The notes under the pieces were generated by a model that was not told the DNA's origin, ran no database searches, and saw only the letters and a list, made by a program, of their open reading frames with translations. Positions 28,442-38,322 of a DNA stretch of 64,000 nt are shown piece after piece. The position numbers were made by a program, and so were the translations under genes. Source of the stretch: Pseudomonadota bacterium (lineage in GTDB: Bacteria > Pseudomonadota > Gammaproteobacteria > Steroidobacterales > Steroidobacteraceae); NCBI GenBank assembly GCA_963205255.1, contig CAUJIK010000047.1, positions 1,871-65,870 on the forward strand, given 5' to 3'. Position 1 is the first letter of the stretch, and each line of letters opens with the position of its first letter.

Positions 28442-30589
28442 CTAATCCGCGATCGCCTTCACCACCGCGGCGCAGTCCTGCCGTATCACCGCATCGCGCA
28501 CGAAGGAGCCATCGACCTTGATCTTGTCGAAGGGGAAGGCGCGCAGATGAGCCAGCGAAGAAAAGCCGGTGCCGAAGTCATCCAGCGCCACGCGCACGCC
28601 CAGTGCGCGCGCCGCGCGCAGGTCGGCGATGCAGTCGGCCGCGTCGTTGACCAATGCGCTTTCAGTCACTTCGATCTCGAGCCGGTCGGGCGGCAGGCCG
28701 CTTTCGCGCAGCGCATCGGCGAGCGTGGGCGCGAGTGTTCCCTTGCCGAGCTGGCTCGGCGAGATGTTCACGGCGACGCGCGCGCCATCGGACCAGCCCG
28801 CGGCATCGATGCAGGCGCGGCGCAGCACGAAGGCGCCGAGGCGGTCGATCAGCCCGCTTTCCTCCGCCACCGGGATGAATTCCAGCGGAGGCATCCAGCC
28901 GTGTCCGGGCAGCTGCCAGCGGACCAGCGCCTCGCGCGCCGTGATCTGCTGCGTGTCGATGTCGACGATGGGCTGGTAGTGGACGCACAGCTCATCGCCG
29001 GCATCGAGCGCTTCGCGCAGCCGCGCTTCGATGCGCACGCGATCCTGGATGCGCTCTTCCATCCCGGCGGAGAACACCATGAAAGTGCCCTTGCCGGCGG
29101 ACTTGGCCGCATAGAGGGCCATGTCGGCGCGCGACAGCAGTGTTTCGGCGGTCTGTCCATGCTGCGGCGCATGCGCGATGCCGATGGAGGCGCCGATCTG
29201 CAGCCGCAGATCCGTGCCGATGAGATAGGGCTGCGTCAGTGCGTCCAGTAGTGCCGCGGCCAGAGCGGCCAGCTGGTCCTCGGCGCAATGGTCCGCCAGC
29301 ACCGCGAACTCGTCGCCGCCCAGCCGCGCGATGGTGATGCCAGGATAGTCGCAGGTGCGGCGCAGGCGGCTTGCGACCATGCCCAGCAATGTGTCGCCGA
29401 CCAGATGGCCCTTGGAGTCATTGACGATCTTGAAGCCGTCGAGATCGATGAACAGCAGTCCACAGGCGCTGTTGGGGCGGGCGAGGCTGGCTTCCAGCTG
29501 CTCGCGGAAGCTGCTGCGGTTGGCAAGTCCGGTAAGCGTGTCGTAGTGGGCGAGCTGGCGTATGCGGTTCTCCGCGGCCACTTCGCCGGTGACGATGGCC
29601 CAGGTCAGCATCGGGCCGAGATAGCTGCCGTCCGGCGACCTCACCGCCGCGATCTGCACATCCAGCACTTCGGTGCCAACCTGCAGGCGCGTGCGGTAGG
29701 GCAGGTTGGCGGCGTCGGTGAGCACGCGTCCGCCTGTCTTCGCGCCGTCGAGGAGAAAGTCGATCGGCATGCCGATCAGGTTCTGCGCCTGGATGGGCAG
29801 CAGGTGTCCGATCTGGCGCAGCAGTGTGCGGGTCGCTTCATTGAAGTAGTTGATGCGGTGATGCACCGGATCGGCCGTCATGACCGCGCCGGGCATGTCA
29901 TCGATCATGCGCAGCAGGCGGTGCTGTTCGTTGATCAGCGCCTGCGCATCGGACTGGGCAGTGACCATGTTCTGGAAGTTGCCGCTCTGGATGGTCGCGG
30001 CCACCGCCACGGCGCCCATGATCAGCACCACGCTGACCAGCATGAACAGCAGCGTGCCGCTGCCGTTCTGGATGCCGACTCCCACCATGCCCAGCACCGT
30101 GCAGGTGGCAAGCATCATGGATACCGCCCGCAGGTGCGTGAGGCAGGCGATGCACCCCATCATCGACGTGGCGAGGAACAGCACGGTGTGGCTCTTTGTG
30201 TATGCATCCCCGTACGGGAGCAGCGCGAGAGCCCAGGCGGTGAAGGATGTGGCCAGCACGAACCCGATGCGCTTGGTGCCCGCCAGGGCGCTGGTTGCCA
30301 CGTCGATGCTCAGGTCGTGGTTCTTGCGTCGCCGCCACCAGGCAATGACGCGCAGTCCGCAAATCAGGGAGAGGATCGCCGGGCAGCCGCGCGCCAGCCA
30401 TGCCGGCGCCACGCTCCAGTGGGAAGCCGCCAGCGACCAGCTGCTCGCGATGACGACGAAATACATCGTCGGCAGGACGCGGCTGAGCACGGCGTACTGT
30501 GCCCTCTGGAGGTCCGGGCCTCCGCTTGGCGTGAACAGCAGCAGAAAGAGTCCGGTGACGAATTTCTTGATGCGCCCGAGTATCGTCAT
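28442..30589 (-). CDS. Membrane-anchored PAS-GGDEF-EAL paralog with the EAL domain cut short by an amber codon
   Basis: The architecture matches 25949..28267 (MIDDMPGAVMT PAS, RLGGDEFAV, EALVRW, DDFGTGFSS, KVDGSF). The ORF stops at ...AVVKAIAD-TAG, where the paralog reads ...AVVRAIADLGK. Confidence 0.85.
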   Translation of the reverse strand: MTILGRIKKFVTGLFLLLFTPSGGPDLQRAQYAVLSRVLPTMYFVVIASSWSLAASHWSVAPAWLARGCPAILSLICGLRVIAWWRRRKNHDLSIDVATSALAGTKRIGFVLATSFTAWALALLPYGDAYTKSHTVLFLATSMMGCIACLTHLRAVSMMLATCTVLGMVGVGIQNGSGTLLFMLVSVVLIMGAVAVAATIQSGNFQNMVTAQSDAQALINEQHRLLRMIDDMPGAVMTADPVHHRINYFNEATRTLLRQIGHLLPIQAQNLIGMPIDFLLDGAKTGGRVLTDAANLPYRTRLQVGTEVLDVQIAAVRSPDGSYLGPMLTWAIVTGEVAAENRIRQLAHYDTLTGLANRSSFREQLEASLARPNSACGLLFIDLDGFKIVNDSKGHLVGDTLLGMVASRLRRTCDYPGITIARLGGDEFAVLADHCAEDQLAALAAALLDALTQPYLIGTDLRLQIGASIGIAHAPQHGQTAETLLSRADMALYAAKSAGKGTFMVFSAGMEERIQDRVRIEARLREALDAGDELCVHYQPIVDIDTQQITAREALVRWQLPGHGWMPPLEFIPVAEESGLIDRLGAFVLRRACIDAAGWSDGARVAVNISPSQLGKGTLAPTLADALRESGLPPDRLEIEVTESALVNDAADCIADLRAARALGVRVALDDFGTGFSSLAHLRAFPFDKIKVDGSFVRDAVIRQDCAAVVKAIAD

Positions 30590-30761
30590 GAATCCAGGCG
30601 TCCTGCGATTTTACTTATGATCCATCACCCGGTTGGCATGCCGTGCCCGGTGATTGTGCGTGAATGGCAGCCACGATCCGGACCCGGATCACATCCCGTG
30701 GATTCGAAGGCCGCCGCGCGGCGTGAACTGCGACCGTGGTACGGCCGGGCACCCAGGGGCG

Positions 30762-32123
30762 CTAGATCAGTCGCTCGATTTTCTTGCGGCGCCACACCAG
30801 GCGGTAGTAAAGCGCCTGGAACAGCAGCATGGCGGCGAAGGTGACCGGATAGGCGATCCACACGCCGTCGAGGCCGATGGTGCGGCTCAGGTACCAGGCC
30901 ACGGGAATCTCCACCAGCAGGATGGCGCTGATCGACAGCAGCACCGGCACCATCACCGTGCCGCTGGCGCGCATCACGCCGGAAATGACGACGGCGGCGC
31001 CGAACAGCAGCATGCTCCACAGCACGATGTAGAGCATGCGCAGCGCGATGCGGATGGTCTCCTGGTGATCAGTGAACATGCCGATGATGGGCCGCGCGAA
31101 GAGGTAGCACAGCAGCAGCAATCCGCCGGTGATGGCGAAATTGATCATGATGCCGGTGCGGGTGATCGCGCCGGGCCGGTCGGTGTGGCCGGCGCCGATG
31201 GCCTGCGCGCCGAGGATGGAGGCCGCGATCGCAATGGAGATCGCGGGGAACTGCACATAGCCGATCACCTGGTTGCCCACGCCGTAGGCCGCGGTGGCTT
31301 CGGAGCCGAAGCGGTTCACCATGCCGAGCAGCGCCACTTCGGCCAGCGACACGATCACCATCTGCAGCGCGGTGGGCACGCCGATGCGCAGCACCGAGGC
31401 GAGAATGGCGCCGTCGATGCGCAGGTGGCGGAAGAACTGTGTGGTGGGCGCGAAGGGATGATTCCTGCGCCGCAGGTACCAGCTCAGCCAGGCCAGGCTG
31501 ACGATGAAGGAGGCTATCGCGCCATAGGCGGCGCTGGCGACACCGAGGCGCGGCAGGCCGCCCCAGCCGGCGATCAGCGCCGGTGTCACCACTACGCCGA
31601 TCAAGGTCGAGACGATCAGCGCATACAGCGGCGTGATGGTGTCGCCCACGCCGCGCAGGATGGAGGTGAGCAGCAGGAAGGTGAAGAAGCCGGGCATGGC
31701 GACCAGCATCACGCGCGCGTAGGTCGTGGCCTCGCGCATGATGTCGGGCGGGGTCGCCAGCGCCGCGAGCAGCCGCGGCGCGAAGGTGCCGCCGAACAGC
31801 GCGATGGCGAGGCCGCCGATCGCGCCCACGGCGAGCGTGGTGCCGGCCACCGCCTGCACGCGCTCGCGCTGGCCGGCCCCCCAGGCCTGTCCGATGAGCA
31901 CCGAGGAGCCTGCGCCCAGGCCCATGATGAAGGAGATCAGGAACAGCATCAGCGGAAAGAACGCCGAGGCTGCGGCCAGCGCGCCCACGCCGATCATGTG
32001 ACCCAGGAAGATGCTGTTCAGCGTCCCCGAGAGGGACTGCAATATGTTGGCCAGCATCATCGGGCCGAGGAAGATCAGGAAGAGCTTCCAGGTGGGGGTG
32101 TGGGGATTGAATGGGCTGCGCAT
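30762..32123 (-). CDS. MATE-family efflux transporter
   Basis: ORF 30762..32411. I moved the start to ATG 32123 (MRSPFNPHTPTWKLFLIFLGPMMLANILQSL). The protein has 12 hydrophobic segments. The upstream extension is Arg/Ser-rich junk. Confidence 0.9.
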   Translation of the reverse strand: MRSPFNPHTPTWKLFLIFLGPMMLANILQSLSGTLNSIFLGHMIGVGALAAASAFFPLMLFLISFIMGLGAGSSVLIGQAWGAGQRERVQAVAGTTLAVGAIGGLAIALFGGTFAPRLLAALATPPDIMREATTYARVMLVAMPGFFTFLLLTSILRGVGDTITPLYALIVSTLIGVVVTPALIAGWGGLPRLGVASAAYGAIASFIVSLAWLSWYLRRRNHPFAPTTQFFRHLRIDGAILASVLRIGVPTALQMVIVSLAEVALLGMVNRFGSEATAAYGVGNQVIGYVQFPAISIAIAASILGAQAIGAGHTDRPGAITRTGIMINFAITGGLLLLCYLFARPIIGMFTDHQETIRIALRMLYIVLWSMLLFGAAVVISGVMRASGTVMVPVLLSISAILLVEIPVAWYLSRTIGLDGVWIAYPVTFAAMLLFQALYYRLVWRRKKIERLI

Positions 32124-32199
32124 GGGTGGAAGCTTGAGGAACGCGCTATGATGCCAGCTCATCCTCCGGAACAGCCGCAAGAATCCAGCCTGAAATTCC

Positions 32200-33525
32200 A
32201 TGCATGAAGCCGCGGTCATCCTCGGCCTGATCATTCTCAACGGGTTGTTCGCCTCGGCCGAGCTGGCGCTGGTGTCGGCCCGCCGGCCGCGCCTGCAGGC
32301 GCTGGCCGAAGACGGCCACCGCGGCGCCCGCGCGGCGCTGGCGCTGCTGGACGACCCCACGCGGCTGCTCTCCTCGGTGCAGATCGGCATCACGCTGGTG
32401 GGCATCCTCACCGGCGTTTATTCGGGCGCGGCCTATTCGGCGGTGCTGGCGACGTGGATCTCGGCCCATTTTCCGGGCCTTGCGCCCTATGCCAGTGAAT
32501 TGGCCTTCGGCGCCATCGTGGTGGTGATGACCTATGTCTCGCTGGTGCTGGGCGAGCTGGTGCCCAAGCGCCTGGCGCTGGCGCATGCGGATCGCTGGGC
32601 GACTCTGGTGGCCGTGCCCATGCAGCTGGTGGCGCGCGTGGGTGCGCCGCTGGTGTGGCTGCTGCAGTTCTCCACCGAGCAGATCCTGCGGCTGGTGCCG
32701 GGCGCGGCCGGCAGCCAGTCCACCATCACCGACGACGATGTGCGCGCGCTGGCCGCCGAGGGCTTGCAGAAAGGCGGCCTGCATCGCCATGAAGCCGAGA
32801 TGATCGATTCGGTGCTGCGCCTGGCAGACCGCTCCATCGACGCCATCATGGTGCCGCGCGGGGACATCCTCTGGCTCGACCTGGCCGAGCCTGTGGCGAC
32901 ATTGTGGGACGAGGCGCGGCGCAGCGGCCATGCGCGCTTCCTGCTGTGCCGCGGCGAGCTGGAGCAACTCATCGGCGTGATCTCGCTCGCGAACCTGGGC
33001 GAGGCGCTGCGTCGCGGCCACATCGATCTGGACAGCGATGTGCAGCCGCCGCTGCATGTGCCCGAGAGCATCTCGATCTTCAAGCTGCTGGAAACCTTCC
33101 GCCGCTCGAGCGTCCATCTGGGCGTGGTGACCAACGAATACGGCGGCATCGAGGGGCTGGTGACGCCGGCCGACATCCTGCGCGCCATTGCCGGCGAGCT
33201 GCCCGAGATGGGCAGCCGCGATTCGGCCGGCTATTCGCAGCGCGAGGACGGCAGCTGGCTGATCGACGGCCATCTGCCCATCCATGAGGCCGAGCGCGTG
33301 CTGGGACGGCGCGACCTGGAGCGGGACGACAACTACAACACCATGGCCGGTTTCGTGCTCTGGCACCTGGGGCGCATGCCGGTGTCCGGCGAGAAGCTGG
33401 CCTGGCGGGACCTTTCCATCGAAGTGGTGGACATGGATGGGCTGGTCATCGACAAGCTGCTGGTGCAGCCGCGGGCGGCACAGGGCCTGCGCGCCGGCGC
33501 CGACACACGCATAATGGACCCATGA
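32200..33525 (+). CDS. CNNM/TlyC-family 'hemolysin' (DUF21, CBS pair, CorC_HlyC)
   Basis: ILNGLFASAELALVSARR is the DUF21 signature. It also has a CBS region and a C-terminal transporter-associated domain (GHLPIHEAERVLG...GFVLWHLGRMP). Confidence 0.85.
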   Translation: MHEAAVILGLIILNGLFASAELALVSARRPRLQALAEDGHRGARAALALLDDPTRLLSSVQIGITLVGILTGVYSGAAYSAVLATWISAHFPGLAPYASELAFGAIVVVMTYVSLVLGELVPKRLALAHADRWATLVAVPMQLVARVGAPLVWLLQFSTEQILRLVPGAAGSQSTITDDDVRALAAEGLQKGGLHRHEAEMIDSVLRLADRSIDAIMVPRGDILWLDLAEPVATLWDEARRSGHARFLLCRGELEQLIGVISLANLGEALRRGHIDLDSDVQPPLHVPESISIFKLLETFRRSSVHLGVVTNEYGGIEGLVTPADILRAIAGELPEMGSRDSAGYSQREDGSWLIDGHLPIHEAERVLGRRDLERDDNYNTMAGFVLWHLGRMPVSGEKLAWRDLSIEVVDMDGLVIDKLLVQPRAAQGLRAGADTRIMDP

Positions 33526-34541
33526 ACGCCAACGCCGACAACTCTTCCAGCACCGGCGACGTCGGTCGCCGCAACATCGTCACGCTGCAGTCGCACATCC
33601 TCGAGGAGCAGCTGCGGCAGCCGCATGCCACGGGCATGTTCTCGTGGATACTCTCGGCGCTGTCGATCTCCGCGAAGATGATCGCCGCATCGGTGCGTCG
33701 CGCGCGGCTCGAAGACGTGCTCGGCAGCGTGGGCGGGCACAACGTGCAGGGCGAGCAGCAGCAGAAGCTCGACGTGATCGCCAACGACATCCTTCTGCGC
33801 AACCTCGGCAACCGCCAGGGCGTCGCCATCGTCGCCTCGGAGGAGAACGAGGAGCCGGTGATCCTGCGCGCGCAGAACGACGGTGAGACGCGCTACTGCG
33901 TGATGTTCGATCCGCTCGATGGCTCGTCGAACCTCGATGTCTGCGGTGCGGTAGGCACCATCTTCAGCATCCTGCGCAAGGACCGGCGCTCGGCGCGGGT
34001 GGAGGATTCGCTGTTGCAGCCGGGTTCGCAGCAGGTGGCCGCGGGCTATGTGCTCTATGGTCCCTCCACGGTGCTGGTGCTGACCATCGGCAGCGGTGTG
34101 CACATGTTCGTGCTCGACCCTTCCATCGGCGCCTTCGTGCGTGTGGCGGAGAATCTGCGCATTCCGCAGCGGAGCAAGAGCTACTCGCTCAACGAGGGCA
34201 ATCGCCTGTCATTCCCGCAGGGCTATCAGGACTACCTGCACTGGGCGCAGCAGAATGGCTATTCCAGTCGCTATGCCGGCGCCATGGTAGCGGACGTGCA
34301 CCGCATCCTGCTCAAGGGCGGCGTGTTCATGTATCCGCCGACCGCGAAGGCGCCCAAGGGCAAGCTGCGGCTGATGTACGAGGCCAATCCCATGGGTTTC
34401 ATCATCGAGCAGGCCGGCGGCAAGGCACTGACCGGGCCGGGAGCGCGCATTCTCGACGTGCAGCCCATCGACATCCATCAACGCACCACGGTGATTCTCG
34501 GCAGCAGCGACGAGGTGGATCACGTGGTGGCGAGGCTCTGA
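33522..34541 (+). CDS. fbp: Class 1 fructose-1,6-bisphosphatase
   Basis: VQGEQQQKLDVIANDIL, VMFDPLDGSSNLD and GKLRLMYEANPMGFIIEQAGG. ATGA overlap with the upstream gene. Confidence 0.9.
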   Translation: MNANADNSSSTGDVGRRNIVTLQSHILEEQLRQPHATGMFSWILSALSISAKMIAASVRRARLEDVLGSVGGHNVQGEQQQKLDVIANDILLRNLGNRQGVAIVASEENEEPVILRAQNDGETRYCVMFDPLDGSSNLDVCGAVGTIFSILRKDRRSARVEDSLLQPGSQQVAAGYVLYGPSTVLVLTIGSGVHMFVLDPSIGAFVRVAENLRIPQRSKSYSLNEGNRLSFPQGYQDYLHWAQQNGYSSRYAGAMVADVHRILLKGGVFMYPPTAKAPKGKLRLMYEANPMGFIIEQAGGKALTGPGARILDVQPIDIHQRTTVILGSSDEVDHVVARL

Positions 34542-34545
34542 ACCG

Positions 34546-36192
34546 TCAGTCGTTCTGGCGTCCGTCCACGCGCGACAGCAGGATCACCGGCAACAGGCCG
34601 GCGGCGATGATGAGCAGCGCCGCGATCACGCCATCCTCGTAGGTGCCGCGTATCGCTTCGGCGTAGAGGTGGGTGGCGAGGGTCTCCACGTTCAGCGGCC
34701 GCAGCAGCAATGTGGCCGGCAATTCCTTCATGCAGTCGACGAATACCAGCAGCGTCGCGGCCGCCAGCGCCGGCCGCATCAGCGGCAGGTGGATCCGGCG
34801 CAGCACGCCGCCGGCGGTTTCACCCAGTGTGCGTCCTGCGTGGTCCAGCGCCGGCGCGATGCGGCCGAAGCCGGCTTCGAGGTTGCCGGCGGCCACCGCG
34901 AGGAAGCGCGTGGCGTAGGCATAGATGAGGCCGATGCTGGAGCCCAGCAGCAGCAGACCGGTCACCGGCCGGCCAGTGAGCGTCTCGATGAGTGTTGCGA
35001 GGCCGTCATCCATGGCGCCCAGCGGCGCCAGCAGGCCGATGCCGAGCACCGCTCCCGGGATGGCGTAGCCCAGTGTGGCGATGCGCTCGCTGCCGCCGGC
35101 CAGCGCGCCGGGCCGCAGCCGCAGCGCGTAGACCACGGCCATAGCGGCCAGCACCGTTATCAGCGTGGCGATGGCCGACAGCTTCAGCGTGTCGAGCGTG
35201 ACCTGAACCAGGCCCTCGGGAAAACCAGCGAAGCGCACCCGCTCCACGGCGCGCGCCGCGAGATAGCAGAAGGGCGCGACGAAACCCAGCAGCACCGGCA
35301 GCGCCAGCGCGCCGATGGCCGCGGCGGCGCGGCCGCCGGTGAGGCGCTGCGGCGTCATGCGGCGCGACTTCTGCGCGGCCACCGCATAGCGCTGCCGGCG
35401 GCGCGCGGCGCGCTCCACCACCAGCAGCGCGACCACCACGGCGAGCATGGCGAGCGCGATCTGCGCCGCGCCGGCCAGGTCCGCGCGATTCACCCAGGTG
35501 GAATAGATCGATACCGTGAAGGTGCGCACGCCGAGCAGCTCTGAGGCGCCGATGTCGTTGAGCGTTTCCATCAGCGCGAGACTGGTGCCCACGGCAATCG
35601 CCGGCCGCGCCAGCGGCAGCGCCACGCGCAGGAACACGGCGCGCGGACCCTGGCCCAGCGTGCGCGCCGCCTCGAGCAGGCTGGCCGCCTGCATCAGGAA
35701 CATGGCGCGCGTGGTGAGGTAGACGTAAGGGTAGAGCACGAAGCCCAGCACCAGCGCGCAGCCCGGCAGCGAGCGCACGTCGGGCAGCCGCAGATCCTGC
35801 GGGCCTGCAAGCCCCAGCATGGCGCGCAGTCCGCTCTGCAGCGGCCCGATGGGATGCAGCAGGTCCATCCAGGCATAGGCCATGATGTAGGTGGGCACTG
35901 CCAGCGGCAGCAGCAGCGCCCATTCGAATATCCGCCGGCCGCGGAAGTCGTAGGCCGTGACCAGCCAGGCGCTGCCCGTGCCCAGCGCGATCACCAGCAC
36001 GCCCACGCCGGCCAGCAGCAGCAGCGTGTCGTGCAGTGCCGGCGGCAGCACGTAGCGCAGCAGGTGCGGCCACAGCGAGCCGTCCCCGTGCAGCGCGGCG
36101 AACAGCAGCGCGGCCACCGGCAGCAGCGCCAGCGCCGCCACGACGATGGCCGCGGTCAGCCAGGGGCTGCCCGAACGCACTGCTCCCTTCAC
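34546..36192 (-). CDS. Fe(3+)-type ABC importer permease (fused double permease, FbpB/AfuB-like)
   Basis: A 548-aa protein made of two tandem six-helix BPD-type permease halves. It is the last gene of the ABC set. Confidence 0.8.
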   Translation of the reverse strand: MKGAVRSGSPWLTAAIVVAALALLPVAALLFAALHGDGSLWPHLLRYVLPPALHDTLLLLAGVGVLVIALGTGSAWLVTAYDFRGRRIFEWALLLPLAVPTYIMAYAWMDLLHPIGPLQSGLRAMLGLAGPQDLRLPDVRSLPGCALVLGFVLYPYVYLTTRAMFLMQAASLLEAARTLGQGPRAVFLRVALPLARPAIAVGTSLALMETLNDIGASELLGVRTFTVSIYSTWVNRADLAGAAQIALAMLAVVVALLVVERAARRRQRYAVAAQKSRRMTPQRLTGGRAAAAIGALALPVLLGFVAPFCYLAARAVERVRFAGFPEGLVQVTLDTLKLSAIATLITVLAAMAVVYALRLRPGALAGGSERIATLGYAIPGAVLGIGLLAPLGAMDDGLATLIETLTGRPVTGLLLLGSSIGLIYAYATRFLAVAAGNLEAGFGRIAPALDHAGRTLGETAGGVLRRIHLPLMRPALAAATLLVFVDCMKELPATLLLRPLNVETLATHLYAEAIRGTYEDGVIAALLIIAAGLLPVILLSRVDGRQND

Positions 36193-36223
36193 AGGCTCAC
36201 ACTGGTCACACGCTCGCTGCGGA

Positions 36224-37264
36224 TCAGTTGTCGAAGCCCACGCGTTCGGCGAGCAGGCTCGCCGTCTTGCGGTGGGCGGCGATCTGCGCCAGCGGCAGAG
36301 TGTCGGGTGTGAGCGGCCCCAGCGCCTCGATCAGCGGGTCGATCTTCGCGCCGGCCTTTACCGGATATTCGTAGTTGGTGCTGGCGTAGAGGTGCTGTGC
36401 ATCATCCGACACCAGGTATTCGAGCAGCTTCACCGCGGCGTCGCGGTTGGGCGCATGCTGCGCCAGCGCCGCGCCGGAGACATTCACATGCGTGCCATGG
36501 CCGTCGAAGGCGGGCAGCACCACATTGATTGCCTCGCCCCATTTCACCTGCTCCGGGCCGCCGCTGCCGCTGCGCATGCGGCCGACGTAGTAGGAATTGC
36601 CGAGGCCGATGTCACACAGCCCGCCCAGGATGTCGCGCGCCACTTCGCGGTCGCCGCCGCCGGGGCGGCGCGCAAGATTGGCTTTCACGCCGCGCAGCCA
36701 GGTCTCGGCCGCGGCTTCGCCGTGATGGGCGATGTAGGCGGCGATCAGCGCGGTGTTGTAGGGGTGCTGCGCGGAGCGGATGCAGATCTTTCCCTTCCAC
36801 TCCGGCTTCGACAGGTCTTCGTAGTTGAACTGTTGCAGCGAGGTGCGATCCTTCGAGGCGTAGAGCACGCGGGCGCGCAGCGACAGGGCGAACCAGCGGC
36901 CTTGCGGGTCGCGCAGCTGCGCCGGAATGGCCGCCTCAAGCGCCGGTGAACGCAGAGGCTGGGTGACGCCGCGATCCACCAGATCCACGAGGTTGCCGAA
37001 ATCCACCGCCATGAGCACATCGGCCGGTGAGCGCCGGCCCTCGGCGGCCACGCGCTCGGCCAGGCCATCCTTCACGAACACCGTGTTCACCTTGATGCCG
37101 CTGCTGCGCGTGAAGGCCGCGAGCAGCGGCTGGATCAGCCCGGGCTCACGCGTGGTGTAGAGGTTCACTTCGGCGGCGCCGGCGGTGGAGGCAAGCCCCG
37201 CGGCGAGCAGCAGCGTCGTGGCGCAGCGGCGCAATGCGCGGCTCAGAGTGGTGGTGTGCGTCAT
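36224..37264 (-). CDS. Fe(3+) ABC importer periplasmic binding protein (FbpA/AfuA-like)
   Basis: A signal peptide is followed by AEVNLYTTREPGLIQPLLAAFT. The motifs SYYVGRM and YEYPV are typical of ferric-binding proteins. Confidence 0.8.
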   Translation of the reverse strand: MTHTTTLSRALRRCATTLLLAAGLASTAGAAEVNLYTTREPGLIQPLLAAFTRSSGIKVNTVFVKDGLAERVAAEGRRSPADVLMAVDFGNLVDLVDRGVTQPLRSPALEAAIPAQLRDPQGRWFALSLRARVLYASKDRTSLQQFNYEDLSKPEWKGKICIRSAQHPYNTALIAAYIAHHGEAAAETWLRGVKANLARRPGGGDREVARDILGGLCDIGLGNSYYVGRMRSGSGGPEQVKWGEAINVVLPAFDGHGTHVNVSGAALAQHAPNRDAAVKLLEYLVSDDAQHLYASTNYEYPVKAGAKIDPLIEALGPLTPDTLPLAQIAAHRKTASLLAERVGFDN

Positions 37265-38322
37265 TCAAGGCTCCTTGGGTCGGGCTGCGGGCAGGCGGGG
37301 AACACATGCGCGGCCTGTGTATCCACCTGCAGAAAAACATTCTCTCCGGGCCGCGCGTCGCAGGTTCCGGAAACCTGCACATCGAAAGGTTCGGCGATGC
37401 CTTCCACGGAAAGTCGCAGCTGCTGCGAGGCGCCGAGGAAAGTCCGCGTCAGCAGCCGCGCCGGAATGCCGTCGGCGGCGGGCCTGATGTGATGCGGGCG
37501 CAGCGCCACGCAGACATCAATGTTTTCGAGAAGCCGCGGCGCGTCGAAGTTCCCCAGCGGTGTCGCGACGCGGCCGCCGATGTGGCGTCCGCGCAGCTCG
37601 ATGAGCTCGCTGCAGAAGCGGGCCGCGTACAGCGAAGCCGGCTGCCGGTAGAGTGTTTCGGGCGCGGCGTCCTGCTCGATGCGGCCCTCGCGCATCAGCA
37701 CGATGCGGTCGGCGATGCGCAGCGCCTCTTCCGGATCGTGCGTGACGATGATGGCGGTGATGCGGGCCTCGCGCAGGATGTCGAGGGTCTCGGCTCGCAC
37801 CCGGTCGCGCAGGCCGCGGTCGAGATTGGAGAACGGTTCGTCCATCAGCAGCAACCGCGGTTGCGGGGCCAGCGCCCGCGCCAGCGCCACGCGCTGCTGC
37901 TCGCCGCCGGAGAGCATGTGCGGATAGCTGTCGGCGCGCGCGCCGAGCCGCACGCGCTCGAGCGCGGCTTGCGCGCTGGCCTGATGCGCGGATCTTGCGC
38001 CGCGCAGGCCGAACATCACATTGCGCAGCACGGAAAGATGCGGGAACAGCGCGTAGTCCTGGAACACCAGGCCGATGTTGCGCCGCTCCGGCGGCACGAA
38101 TGTGCCGGAGTCGTTCAGCACCGCGCCATCCATGCTCACGCGGCCCGCATCGGGCGCTTCGAGGCCGGCGATGAGCCGCAGCAGAGTCGTCTTGCCGCAG
38201 CCCGAACTGCCCAGCAGGCAGATGATCTCGCCGGGAGCGGCGCGCAGGCTCACGTCGCGCACGGCGGTCAGCCGGCCGTAGGTGCGGCGCAGTCCCTGCA
38301 ACTCCAGTGCCGCGGCGCTCAC
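37261..38322 (-). CDS. Fe(3+) ABC importer ATPase (FbpC-like)
   Basis: Walker A GSSGCGKTT, signature LSGGEQQRVALARAL and Walker B LLLMDEPFS. I prefer the GTG at 38322 as the start because it forms a GTGA overlap with the DUF1513 stop. The longest ORF starts at 38346. Confidence 0.85.
   Translation of the reverse strand: MSAAALELQGLRRTYGRLTAVRDVSLRAAPGEIICLLGSSGCGKTTLLRLIAGLEAPDAGRVSMDGAVLNDSGTFVPPERRNIGLVFQDYALFPHLSVLRNVMFGLRGARSAHQASAQAALERVRLGARADSYPHMLSGGEQQRVALARALAPQPRLLLMDEPFSNLDRGLRDRVRAETLDILREARITAIIVTHDPEEALRIADRIVLMREGRIEQDAAPETLYRQPASLYAARFCSELIELRGRHIGGRVATPLGNFDAPRLLENIDVCVALRPHHIRPAADGIPARLLTRTFLGASQQLRLSVEGIAEPFDVQVSGTCDARPGENVFLQVDTQAAHVFPACPQPDPRSLE

Noticed and set aside
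26291-29251. A 986-aa plus-strand ORF spanning both GGDEF-EAL genes
   Set aside because: It is antisense to two genes with complete, ordered domain motifs, and it crosses their intergenic gap. It is a high-GC artefact.
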